A stretch of 64,000 nt of DNA from Fimbriimonadales bacterium (GCA_041744215.1 JBGTLG010000041.1:160001-224000); one strand, 5' to 3'. Positions 49,013 to 58,795 are shown, counted from the stretch's first letter. Notes: generated by a model not told the origin, from the letters alone. A program made the numbers and translations.

Positions 49013-50142
49013 GGTTTGGACGCGTGGGTTCGGTTGATCAGGTCGACGGCCTGACGCGCTAGATCCTCTTCTTGGATGTTTGTGATGGCCGCTGTATAGT
49101 ACATCATTTCGTGCTGGACGACCGGGGCCGCGATGGCGATCCCGTCCACAGTGAAGAGAAGCTGGCACCCGGGATTGCGGCGCGTGTACTGCCAGAGTCG
49201 GTCACGGCCGTCTCGCTCCAGGTTGAGGTTGATGGTGTAGCTGTCACCCTTTCCGTCAGCTTTCGCAACAACCTCCAGCCCTGCGCCCTGCAAGAGATCC
49301 TCCGTCACGAGGACGGTCACTCGCGACAGCAGGCGCGTCGCCGACCCCGACAGCGCGTCCAGCCGATCGGGCGCGATGAACGATTCGAGCGACTGACGAA
49401 CCTTGAAGCCGCCAGCCGACTCTTGCCAGACCTCCTCGTACACCAGGGCCAGAGTTCGCGGGTCCACTTCAAACTTCTCGCGAACCAGCGGGTGAGCCTG
49501 CACCTTGCGGACAAGCTCCGTAACATATGGCAGAGTGATCGACGACTCCACCCTTTTTGAGCCCTCAGCCGACGGCACCTCGACGGCGATCGGCAGGCGG
49601 ATCCAGATGCCCGTAAACGTCAGTTGGCGGCTGATCGTGTCGGCGGGTTCGCCTTCGAGAGTGGTGTTCAGGTCTGACTCGAGCCTCTTCCTCATCGCCG
49701 CGTCGCCGTCAAGCGCGCGCCGAATGTCGCTCGCATTCCATGTCAGCGACTCATCAGGAAGAATCTGGTGCTCGATGCGATTGAGTGACATCACAAGCTC
49801 TTCGACGCCATCCGGGTTGCCCTGGAGCGACCCGACCAGCGCTGCCATCGGAATCTTTGCGCCCGACGCCCCAACGGGCTCGCCGCCTGTCTCCGCTCTT
49901 CCGAACCCCGCAGAGTCGTCCTGGACCAGCTGAGCGATCCCGTTCGAGACGACGATTCTCTCGCCCGCCAACCGAATTCCCAGCAGGTTCACGTTTTGCG
50001 GAGGGATCGCCGCGAACACCTTGTCGCCCACGGAAAAACGGTAGCACGCCCAGTTCCCGGCGAAGTACGCGCCGAAGAGCGCGCCGATCACCAGACCGAA
50101 GAGGATGCCCCCGCGGAAGCGTTTGTAAATGCTCGTTGACAT
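49009..50142 (-). CDS. Membrane-anchored protein with C-terminal SecDF P1-head-like domain
   Basis: N-terminal TM helix. C-terminal GRDRLWQYTRRNPGCQLLFTVDGIAIAAPVVQ…AITN resembles the SecD P1 head. Confidence 0.7.
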   Translation of the reverse strand: MSTSIYKRFRGGILFGLVIGALFGAYFAGNWACYRFSVGDKVFAAIPPQNVNLLGIRLAGERIVVSNGIAQLVQDDSAGFGRAETGGEPVGASGAKIPMAALVGSLQGNPDGVEELVMSLNRIEHQILPDESLTWNASDIRRALDGDAAMRKRLESDLNTTLEGEPADTISRQLTFTGIWIRLPIAVEVPSAEGSKRVESSITLPYVTELVRKVQAHPLVREKFEVDPRTLALVYEEVWQESAGGFKVRQSLESFIAPDRLDALSGSATRLLSRVTVLVTEDLLQGAGLEVVAKADGKGDSYTINLNLERDGRDRLWQYTRRNPGCQLLFTVDGIAIAAPVVQHEMMYYTAAITNIQEEDLARQAVDLINRTHASKP

Positions 50143-50349
50143 CTGAAATGCGCTCCTGCCGGCAGGAGCGATGAATTCTACTACGCCGGTCCGCCGCGAG
50201 CGGTTTGCCCAGTCGGCACACGCTGTGCCGAATCACCCAATCGCTCGAATCCTGGCCGGGCAATTGGCCCCAAAACGCCAGCCTTCGGTCGCGATTCAAG
50301 TGCGTTTGTTGTATCCTCTTAAGCTCGGCATTTCCGGAGAGGGTTGATC

Positions 50350-51711
50350 ATGACAAAAGCAGTACCGATAACGATTTCGCTGGCTGGAGCAACGTTCGCA
50401 CTCGCATTGTGGGCGGCTACAGCGCAGGGCGGTTCCCAGCACACCCCAGCCGCGCCCCGCGCAATCACCTACGCAGGCGACGTCGCAGAGATCCTCTTCG
50501 AGCACTGCGTCGAGTGCCACCGCCCTGGGGAAGTCGCGCCCTTCTCACTATTGACCTACGAAGACGCGATGAAGCGCGCACCCCTGATCGCATACTCGGT
50601 CGAATCAAAACTCATGCCGCCGTGGAAAGCAAAGCAGGGATACAACGAATTCCACGACGCGAACGTTTTGTCGCAGGACAAAGTCGCCGCACTGCGAGCT
50701 TGGGCAGATGCCGGCGCGCCGATGGGAGATAAATCTAAACTGCCGAAGCCGCCCGAATTCTCCTCGGCATGGGCGCTCGGGGAACCCGACGCGATCCTCT
50801 CTTCGCCAAAGCCCTACAAGATTAGCGCTGAAGGCCGCGACGATTACCGCAACTTCGTCATCAAGACCGACTACAAAGAAACGAAGTGGATTCGTGCGAT
50901 GGCGGTACGGCCAGACAACAAACGCGTGGTCCACCACGTCATTGCGTTTCTGGACGATTCCGGGCGCGCAATAGAATTCGAGAAAAGGCAAAACGACGGG
51001 CAGCCTGGATACTCGACATTTGGTGGCGTAGGAGTGGTGCCCAGCGGCGCGCTCGGCGGATGGGCGCCAGGGCTTCGGCCAAACGAAACACCCGATTACG
51101 CTGCTTTCGAGCTAAAACCGGGCACGACGATCGTCTTGCAGATCCACTACAACAAGACAGGAAAAGAAGAAGTCGATCAAACGCAAATCGGACTCTATTT
51201 CGCAAAAGAACCGCCGAAGCAAAAAATGAATCTCGCATGGCTCGCAAACATTGGTTTGCGCATCCCTGCCGGAAAGGAAGATCATGTTGCTAAGTGGCAA
51301 ATGAGAATCCCCGCCGACGTAACGCTTTATGGCGCAATGCCGCACATGCACCTTCTCGGCACGTGGATGAAATCTCATGCGATAACTCCCGATGGCAAGG
51401 AAGTTCCGCTGGTGTGGGTCGAAGATTGGGACTTCAATTGGCAGCTGCAATACCAGTTCGCCAAACCGATCAAACTTCCTCGTGGAAGCGTGATTCATGT
51501 CGAAGCAGGCTACGACAATTCTTCGGATAATCCGAGACAGCCCAGCGACCCCCCCCGCGAAGTGCGATGGGGCGAACAAACGACCGACGAAATGATGCTG
51601 CTCATCATTCCATACACCGTCGATGGAGTCGGTATCGCAGATAATCGCGATTACAATTCTCCGTTTCGCCCGTTCGGCGGCTCGCCCCTCGGTGGCGCAG
51701 ATCGAAACTAA
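50350..51711 (+). CDS. Exported c-type cytochrome + copper type II (PHM/DBH-like) monooxygenase
   Basis: Signal peptide, CVECH heme motif, MPPW, VVHHV, QIHY, PHMHLLG, WDFNWQ, DEM. Confidence 0.85.
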   Translation: MTKAVPITISLAGATFALALWAATAQGGSQHTPAAPRAITYAGDVAEILFEHCVECHRPGEVAPFSLLTYEDAMKRAPLIAYSVESKLMPPWKAKQGYNEFHDANVLSQDKVAALRAWADAGAPMGDKSKLPKPPEFSSAWALGEPDAILSSPKPYKISAEGRDDYRNFVIKTDYKETKWIRAMAVRPDNKRVVHHVIAFLDDSGRAIEFEKRQNDGQPGYSTFGGVGVVPSGALGGWAPGLRPNETPDYAAFELKPGTTIVLQIHYNKTGKEEVDQTQIGLYFAKEPPKQKMNLAWLANIGLRIPAGKEDHVAKWQMRIPADVTLYGAMPHMHLLGTWMKSHAITPDGKEVPLVWVEDWDFNWQLQYQFAKPIKLPRGSVIHVEAGYDNSSDNPRQPSDPPREVRWGEQTTDEMMLLIIPYTVDGVGIADNRDYNSPFRPFGGSPLGGADRN

Positions 51712-51750
51712 ATCTTCCGATAAGCTGCGAATGGCGAAAACCCGAAACAG

Positions 51751-52854
51751 TTAGAACATCCAACCGACTTCCAACAGGAATTGCGGATACCTTCGCTCCT
51801 GAAACCGACCCTCGAGAATCAGCTTGACCGCAGAATCTCCGAAGGGAAGCACAAAACTCGTATACGGCGAAATCATCGGCCGAAAACCTGGCGCATCGCG
51901 ATAGTCGAGCCTCGCTCCGAATGCAGTAGAGAAAGAAGGAATCCAATCGATGCCCGCGCTAAGCCGCCACTCCGACGCTCCCTGTGTCGTCGCGTGCGAA
52001 AAGCCGCCGTCAAAGAAAAGATCTCCACAATTGTACTGCGCTGCAGTGCCAATCAAAAATCGTTCGTTGTTGCCCACGAATGCATGAACTCCAACTGATT
52101 GCAGCCCACGGGCCTCGTATAACTCTAAAAATGCGCCCTTTGGATTCGGCTCGAATTCGAAACTTGCAGTTGAGCGAGCTTCACTAGTAAGCGGAATGCT
52201 GAATTCACCAGGAAACGGAATGGTCAAGGCAGCATTCCACGTGCCCGCAAATTGGTGCATCGCTCTTATCGAAGGGGATCGACCAGAAAGCGAAAAGCCT
52301 CGCAACGATGTCTTGCGCGAGTTGCTTCCCGAAGTGCCGGGAAGAGAGGCCGAAAAGCTTGTAGGCTCGCCAAGATTCAGTCGGAGTGAAACGTCCAACT
52401 GCGACAGCGCGCGATACTGCCCGAATTGTAGTTGAGTGGATTTGTTGACGTCGTAGGTGAAAAACAAATCTTCAAACCGACCGCTGCGGTCACGCTTGCT
52501 GCCAGAGGAAAGCACCTCCTTGCTCAGCGCGCGCCACTCAACAAAGTAAGACCACCTATTCGACTGCCCTGCCGAAATCAACTCGATCCGATTGGCTACT
52601 CCCCGAACCGTCTTAGGATCGTTCGGGACCGTTTGAGCCATTGCACTCAACCAAAACGAAATGGGTAGGACGTCCCGGATCTTAGTCCGCGGCGGAGAGT
52701 AGTTTGAATCCGCAAAAAGCTGCCCCTTCAGATTCAGTTTTGGCGGCTGCGTGTGACAGTCCGCACAGGCCATCTTATACTCGCGGGCGAATTGCGGAAT
52801 CGCGCCTGCAATTACCGCCAGAAACGTCAAAACAACAGCAATCGATCCTCTCAT
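51751..52854 (-). CDS. Putative outer-membrane beta-barrel with N-terminal CxxCH
   Basis: Signal peptide, AIPQFAREYKMACADCHTQPPKLN, beta-strand body ending in C-terminal Phe. Confidence 0.75.
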   Translation of the reverse strand: MRGSIAVVLTFLAVIAGAIPQFAREYKMACADCHTQPPKLNLKGQLFADSNYSPPRTKIRDVLPISFWLSAMAQTVPNDPKTVRGVANRIELISAGQSNRWSYFVEWRALSKEVLSSGSKRDRSGRFEDLFFTYDVNKSTQLQFGQYRALSQLDVSLRLNLGEPTSFSASLPGTSGSNSRKTSLRGFSLSGRSPSIRAMHQFAGTWNAALTIPFPGEFSIPLTSEARSTASFEFEPNPKGAFLELYEARGLQSVGVHAFVGNNERFLIGTAAQYNCGDLFFDGGFSHATTQGASEWRLSAGIDWIPSFSTAFGARLDYRDAPGFRPMISPYTSFVLPFGDSAVKLILEGRFQERRYPQFLLEVGWMF

Positions 52855-53019
52855 GATGCCACCTTCAGGCCACAAGTGTATCGCATGCTACATTTCTTTG
52901 TCAAGTCTCATAAAGTGAGCCTATGCAAATGTAAACGCTTGAGGATTTGAGGCCTTCCGCTGACGCCTTTTATCCCCCCTCCTCGTCCCTTCCAACGGAA
53001 GCCGCATACGGAGGTGCGC

Positions 53020-53346
53020 ATGGCAGACATAGACGGCGAACTGTGGAAACACAACATGGCGAAGATCACGATCGTGGACGTAAGTGAGGACTACCGCCAT
53101 ATGCTCGACCCGATGCCTTCGCACATGTATCCCGTGGTCAAAGAGGTCTGGCTTCCCAAATACAAATTGGCCGAGCGCCTGCTCGAAGAAGGACTGATCA
53201 CAGGCTACCAATACGACTGGCATGAGGTTCCAATGGGCCGGCACGATGTTGAGCACTGGTACGTCGGAGTCGTCGCCGATGCCCTCGCGGCAGTTTCAGA
53301 CCTTGGTGCTGGCTTCCGTCCGGCGTTGGCAAATGTCATCCCTTGA
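53020..53346 (+). CDS. Hypothetical protein
   Basis: GGAGGTG SD, 108-codon ORF with genome-typical codon usage. Confidence 0.7.
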   Translation: MADIDGELWKHNMAKITIVDVSEDYRHMLDPMPSHMYPVVKEVWLPKYKLAERLLEEGLITGYQYDWHEVPMGRHDVEHWYVGVVADALAAVSDLGAGFRPALANVIP

Positions 53347-53371
53347 CGGAGGGTACAAAGTATGATAGACT
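53343..53371 (+). promoter_or_regulatory. Sigma-70 promoter of the VKOR/peptide operon
   Basis: TTGACG, 17 nt, (TGa)TAGACT, then AGGAG SD and ATG 53391. Confidence 0.65.
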
Positions 53372-53390
53372 CTCAGTACCAGCAGGAGAG

Positions 53391-54572
53391 ATGGGCTTGA
53401 TAAATCGCCTTGAAAGGTACACCACTACTCCCTTCATTGATGCCCACATAGGTCGCTGGTGGCGGTATCGGCTCGCGGCATACATTTTGGGCCTCGCCGG
53501 GATTTTCGTAGCGGGGACACTTTCGCTGTCTCATGTCTGGCACGCTCCGCTTCCGTGCGGTGTTGGTTCTGGCTGCCAAACCATATTGAACCACCCCTCG
53601 TCCTCGGTTCTGGGGGTTCCAGTGGCAGTTTACGGTCTATTCGCTTATGGTCTGATATCTACGCTGCTCGGAGTTCAACTCTTTAGAGGCAGGCTGGGGA
53701 CCCCGGATACCCTCGCCTACCTTCTTGCAGGATTCGGTGCCGTAGTAAGCCTCACGATGACCGCGTACTCGGTTGGTGTAGTCCGCCAAGTGTGCACCTG
53801 GTGCTTGGCTTCCGCAGTCATAATGTGTCTGTTGCTCTTTTGTATGGGACGGTACCATTACTTGAGTGCAATATCGAGTGATTTTACGGGACAAAATCGG
53901 GGGGGGGCTGAAACCTCGCGGGAGTGTGTTTACTGTTACCGCTCTTCCAGTCATAGTGCTGGGTGCCCTCGTATGGCGAGCCTTCACTCTCCCCCATGGG
54001 GGTGATCGTGGAGTTGATCAGTCCGTTTTATCAAACATTCCTCTCTCCGATCTGATAACGACAGACTCGCGTCGCTTTGGGCCCCTGGTGCTCCATACAC
54101 CCTGATCGTCTTTAGCGACCTCGGATGCCCCGCCTGTCATTACTACTGGCCGCATGTGGTGCGAGTAACAGAGGAAACCGATAGGCTCGCCGTCGTGCTG
54201 CGTCATTTGCCATTGCGTCTGAATTCTCCGGCATTTTCTGCGGCTGTGGCCGCAGAGTCTGATTGCTCAGATGCAGAATTCTGGCGGTTCCTGTGGACTG
54301 CGGCTCGGAATGGGCTGCATAGCTCGGAGGACTTCGGCACCGCGTTAAGAAGTATATGTGGCGACGGAAGCGAACGACTGTTGAGCGTTGCGGGTCAGCA
54401 GCGTGTCATGCGCGACCGCGCGCTCGCGGCAGATCTCAAAGTGCCTGGAACACCCTGGATGATCCTGATTGGCCCCGGTGACTCTTTTAGGCAAGAAGTT
54501 TCCATGGAACAACTCGTTGAGCTGGTGGGTGAGAAATCCGTCGCTTCTCCGACGAGGGCAGCAGAATACTAG
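53391..54572 (+). pseudogene. VKOR-DsbA fusion disrupted by two frameshifts (or sequencing errors)
   Basis: VKOR motifs PCGVGSGC…GVPVAVYG…CTWC. Frame change at the G9 run 53899-53907, a TM/linker in the shifted frame, a second change near 54078-54085, then DsbA APYTLIVFSDLGCPACH…RHLPL…GTP. Confidence 0.8.
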
Positions 54573-54605
54573 ATTTTGTGACAGACAACACCGGAGGTAA
54601 AACCA

Positions 54606-54854
54606 ATGATGAAACCAAATGAAAAAATCGGCCGCAACCGATCATCAAGAGCGAAAATCCACGCTCTTGTGTGTGTTGGGGCGCTCTTGGCGGCGGTCGC
54701 CGCCCTCGCTGCTCCTCTTGCGCTGGACGAGGATCCTCTCCCTCCTGTTCCGTGCAGTAACGGCCCAGGGGCGACTTGCGTTGGGACCTGTGACAACGGT
54801 AACGTTTGTCACAGGCCTTCGAGCCCTGGTAACTGCACTTGCAACTGGAGCTAA
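54606..54854 (+). CDS. Small secreted six-cysteine peptide
   Basis: GGAGG SD, basic N-region + hydrophobic signal, C-x7-C-x3-C-x5-C-x8-C-x-C. Confidence 0.75.
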   Translation: MMKPNEKIGRNRSSRAKIHALVCVGALLAAVAALAAPLALDEDPLPPVPCSNGPGATCVGTCDNGNVCHRPSSPGNCTCNWS

Positions 54855-54856
54855 CA

Positions 54857-56926
54857 ATGAGTGGAAGATGGGCGCGATTCGCGGTCGCATTTGTGCTCGT
54901 GACTTGGCCGGCGCTCGACGGCCTTGCGACGCCATGCGAGTCCGTCCGCGCCCATCTACTAAGTTTATCGGATGATCCAAAGCGGCCTTTGCAGGCAGCT
55001 AATCCTCTCGCGAACGAAATTGTCATCCTCGACCCGGGTGATGCGTCGACGCAGGAGATACTCGACAGGCTGGCGTTCGTGTTGCGTGCAACTTGGAAAG
55101 ACAAAGAACTCCGTCGGGATTCAGAGGCAGTTCAGGCGTTGCAATCTTTGGATCGAGATGCACGGATAAGGACAATAACTGCATTCCTGAAAGAGGTGAC
55201 TGTCCTTCCAGACACCAACAACGTGAATGCCTACGCGAGCGCGTTTCGCGCGTCGCTTGACTCAGCTGAAGAGCTTATCCGAAATGGGTACACCTCGGTC
55301 ACACAGCCGAACTCGGCGCTACGGGTCCCAGCGTGGGACCATGTTCAAACGCCAGCACGAGTAACACTTGCCAGAGTTCTTACTGCGCTCGGCTCGGAGA
55401 CGCTGGCAGACCTGCCTCGCTATGAAACCGTCGTTTTTTCAGATCGCCCCACGGCCGTCCAACGTGCGATGCCCGATGCGGCGCAACTGAAGAGTTGGAT
55501 TGCGCAACTCGCTCCGCTTGGCGCGGAAGCAGTTCGCGACCGTCCCCCGGGCGAAGCCATAACCGATGGCATCGTTCTGTCAACTGAGAGGCTTGTCCAG
55601 TCCGTAAACCAAGGCGGCATTGCGCGAATCCACCTTTTTCTTACTCGGAGAGCGGATGAAATCACCTGTCTTCTGATGTTGTATGGAAGCCGAGGAGAGG
55701 AGTTGGGCATTGCCGGTCGTGCGGTGCTGCGAATCCCCATCCAGCCTCGTGGCATGCGAGTCGCGCCAGACATTCCTGACGTAGACGGCACTCTCCCACT
55801 CTCAGGCGCGAACCAGGAGTTCCATCTAATCTCCGGCCTTGGCCTCCCAACGACTCCAATAGGAATCGAGCAGCTCCGACCGAGTTTCGAGTTTCAAGAG
55901 CGGATGTTTCGTCCGACCAAAAACGATCCATTGGGCTTCGGCGTAAATGATGTGCTTTTGGCCATCGGAAGGCGGGCTGGGCTGAGGGTAATGGCGTGTG
56001 TCCAGGATTCCGCATTGGACGCATTTCGCGACTGCGTCAAGAGACAGGTTGTCGATTTCCTCGACTTTCTAGCCGCATTGTCGGACGAGCACGAAATCAT
56101 CGTGCAAGACAATTGGTTGTTAGTGAGGCCCAAAAACTCGCTCGAATCGGAACGTAGCCGCATTCCGCGTGCCGCGTTAGAGAAGCTGATGATGCAGGCA
56201 AACGACCAGAAGCACCTCTCCCTCCGCGCGTGGGCGTTGCACCATTACGAGAGCAAAGTTGCGGCGCATCGTAATCCGATCGCGCGCACATACCGCTCGT
56301 TTATAAACCATCTTTGGCAACGTTCGTATCCTGTCGTTGATTCATTCGAAGGCGACGACTATCCGCTACCGGTGCTGATGTTTTTAGGGTCGCTCTCGGA
56401 AGCGGAGTACGAAGCACTGATGCACGGACGAGCCAGTTTCGATCTAGGGGGCTTGCGGATCGATCAGCGTACGTGGATGCGTGAGATTCTAGGTTACCGG
56501 CACCTACTCTTGAGGAGGGATCCAAGCTCGGACGGCCCCGACTGGTTATTGACCGGTAGCGAAGCCGTGCCAGAAGTCTCCCTCAGAGGAGCGGTGTTGC
56601 GGTCAGACCTGACATCAGCGAAGGCAATCGTAAACCAAACCATGAGTTTCGATGCTATGAAGGGCCTACTGAATTCGCCGAACACGATTGAAGAAGTTTG
56701 GCGGTCGTTCGGTTCGTGGCCAGAATTGGACGTGACCCTAGCCATGAACGGTAGATATGTTGTCGGCCATCAACAGTTTGTCAGGATCACGATAACTGCT
56801 CGAACAGGAATAGTACGGCATTTAGGCATACGCGGCGAGTTCTTGCCTACAACTGAGGCACTCGTGTTTCGTGACTTGCCTGAAGATGTGCGGCGGGCAT
56901 TCGGGGGAAGCGACCGATCAAACTGA
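54857..56926 (+). CDS. Large exported hypothetical protein
   Basis: Signal-peptide-like N-terminus, 689-codon ORF starting 2 nt after the peptide stop, GGAG SD. Confidence 0.75.
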   Translation: MSGRWARFAVAFVLVTWPALDGLATPCESVRAHLLSLSDDPKRPLQAANPLANEIVILDPGDASTQEILDRLAFVLRATWKDKELRRDSEAVQALQSLDRDARIRTITAFLKEVTVLPDTNNVNAYASAFRASLDSAEELIRNGYTSVTQPNSALRVPAWDHVQTPARVTLARVLTALGSETLADLPRYETVVFSDRPTAVQRAMPDAAQLKSWIAQLAPLGAEAVRDRPPGEAITDGIVLSTERLVQSVNQGGIARIHLFLTRRADEITCLLMLYGSRGEELGIAGRAVLRIPIQPRGMRVAPDIPDVDGTLPLSGANQEFHLISGLGLPTTPIGIEQLRPSFEFQERMFRPTKNDPLGFGVNDVLLAIGRRAGLRVMACVQDSALDAFRDCVKRQVVDFLDFLAALSDEHEIIVQDNWLLVRPKNSLESERSRIPRAALEKLMMQANDQKHLSLRAWALHHYESKVAAHRNPIARTYRSFINHLWQRSYPVVDSFEGDDYPLPVLMFLGSLSEAEYEALMHGRASFDLGGLRIDQRTWMREILGYRHLLLRRDPSSDGPDWLLTGSEAVPEVSLRGAVLRSDLTSAKAIVNQTMSFDAMKGLLNSPNTIEEVWRSFGSWPELDVTLAMNGRYVVGHQQFVRITITARTGIVRHLGIRGEFLPTTEALVFRDLPEDVRRAFGGSDRSN

Positions 56927-57454
56927 TTCGACCGTTATCTTGTCGTTCGAATAAACACAGATATCCGCTGAGATCAGAAGCGCCTCTCGCGCAATATCCT
57001 CGACAGACAAAGTCGTGTGAGCCATCAGAGCACGAGCAGCCGCCAAAGCGAAAGGCCCACCCGATCCAATTCCCGCAACCCCTTCGTCAGGCTCGATCAC
57101 GTTGCCATCACCAGAAACCAGCAACAGCGCATCCGACGACGCAACGATCATCATCGCGTTCAGTTGCCGGAGAATCTTGTCCGTCCGCCAATCCTTGGCA
57201 AACTCCACAGCCGCGCGCCGCACGTTCCCAGCGTACTGCTCGAGCTTCGCCTCGAATCGCTCCGTCAAAGCCTGAGCGTCTGCGACGCTCCCAGCGAAAC
57301 CGGCGATGACATTTCCACCTGGCCCTATCCGCCGCACCTTCTTCGCCGTATGCTTGATCGCGACACCCTGATCGCCAAGCGTCACCTGCCCGTCAGCGCC
57401 AACCGCAACCTTCCCATCTCGCATCACGCCGATTACTGTCGTCGAACGAATCAT
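56918..57454 (-). CDS. hslV: ATP-dependent protease subunit HslV
   Basis: [43 protein letters not shown]. Confidence 0.96.
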   Translation of the reverse strand: MIRSTTVIGVMRDGKVAVGADGQVTLGDQGVAIKHTAKKVRRIGPGGNVIAGFAGSVADAQALTERFEAKLEQYAGNVRRAAVEFAKDWRTDKILRQLNAMMIVASSDALLLVSGDGNVIEPDEGVAGIGSGGPFALAAARALMAHTTLSVEDIAREALLISADICVYSNDKITVESV

Positions 57455-57518
57455 CTCACGGAGTTTACCGATACGCTCGCCAGACGGGAGTGGAGTCGGT
57501 TAGTGCCAGAATCCCCGC

Positions 57519-58793
57519 GTGCTAAGGCACACCGATCTAAGACCCCAGTGGCTCGTCGCGGTCGTTGCCGCGATCGTTATTCTCGCGGCGATGGCCTTCA
57601 GCCTAACAGGCGCATTCCCAGGAGGCGTCTGGTGGCTCGGATTCGGCGCCCTCGCAGCATCCCTCGCGATGATCGGTGCCCTCACCCGGATGCGCTCCGC
57701 CGCCCAGGACTGGATCAGGGAACTGCGATCCGCCAAATCGGAATTGCGCGCTCTCACAGCGGAAATCGACGCTTCCGAACGCAGGATGCAAAACCTCGCC
57801 GACGGACTCGACGCGCCCGTTTTTGTGTGCAGCCGCGAAGGCGCGATTCGCTGGGCGAACGAAGCCGCAAAGAGGTTCTTCAACTTCGAAGACCTCATCG
57901 GGCGCACCCTTCTCGAGGTCTCCCTCAGCGTCGATCTTCAACAGCTCGGCATCCGCGCAGCCCAAGAGGACGCGCTCGTCAGGGGCGAGATCCAGCTGAG
58001 CCACCCGCAAGAGCGCATCGTCGAAACAAAGGCCTACCCCGCCGCGGATGATCCAGAACTCCTGTTTGTCGTCGCTAACGATATCACCGAGCTTCGCCGC
58101 CTCGAACGCGTCCGAACAGACTTCGTCGCCAACGCAAGCCACGAACTGCGAACCCCCATGGCCTCCATCAGGTCCATGGCGGAGACAATTCTCCAGGACG
58201 ACGAACTGCCGGAAGAAACACGCCAGCGCTTTCTTAGCCGGATCATCTTCGAGGTCGACCGCCTAACCGCGCTCTCAGAAGACCTGCTCGTCCTCTCAGC
58301 AGCAGAGTCGCAAAAGTCGGCAGTCGAATCGCTCGATTTCGCAGACGTCGTCCGCTATGTAGCGCAAGACTTCATAGTCCGCGCCAAAGACAAGGGAATA
58401 CAGTTCGAAGTCGAAGCCCCGGAAACGCTCCTCCTTTATGGCGACGAAGGTCAACTGGTCCAAGTGGTACAGAATCTCATGAGCAACGCCGTCCGATATA
58501 CACAAGAAGGAAGAATCGATGTATCACTTCGCACCGACGGCAATGAATCGATCCTCGAGGTCAAGGATACGGGCCTCGGAATCTCGAGCGAGCACGCGCC
58601 CCGAATTTTCGAACGGTTCTATCGCGCGGATCGTGCGCGTTCCCGCGAGACCGGAGGTACCGGCCTCGGGCTTTCCATCGTAAAGCACATCGTCAGCGCC
58701 CATGGTGGAACGATCGAGGTCGAAAGCGAACTCAACGTCGGCTCGATGTTTCGCGTTAGGTTGCCGCTGCGCCGGGGCGATCAGGCGGCATAA
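57519..58793 (+). CDS. PhoR-like sensor histidine kinase (TM-PAS-HisKA-HATPase)
   Basis: RTDFVANASHELRTP, NLMSNA, DTGLGI, IFERFYRAD.ARSRETGGTGLGL. Confidence 0.92.
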   Translation: MLRHTDLRPQWLVAVVAAIVILAAMAFSLTGAFPGGVWWLGFGALAASLAMIGALTRMRSAAQDWIRELRSAKSELRALTAEIDASERRMQNLADGLDAPVFVCSREGAIRWANEAAKRFFNFEDLIGRTLLEVSLSVDLQQLGIRAAQEDALVRGEIQLSHPQERIVETKAYPAADDPELLFVVANDITELRRLERVRTDFVANASHELRTPMASIRSMAETILQDDELPEETRQRFLSRIIFEVDRLTALSEDLLVLSAAESQKSAVESLDFADVVRYVAQDFIVRAKDKGIQFEVEAPETLLLYGDEGQLVQVVQNLMSNAVRYTQEGRIDVSLRTDGNESILEVKDTGLGISSEHAPRIFERFYRADRARSRETGGTGLGLSIVKHIVSAHGGTIEVESELNVGSMFRVRLPLRRGDQAA

Positions 58794-58795
58794 AA

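Noticed and set aside
50350-54854. PHM-like monooxygenase as the amidating enzyme for the Cys-rich peptide
   Set aside because: The peptide ends in NWS with no C-terminal Gly, and the genes are in separate transcription units.
57017-58051. 344-aa Arg-rich + strand ORF
   Set aside because: Overlaps hslV (antisense) and the kinase (alternate frame). Composition is typical of high-GC shadow ORFs.
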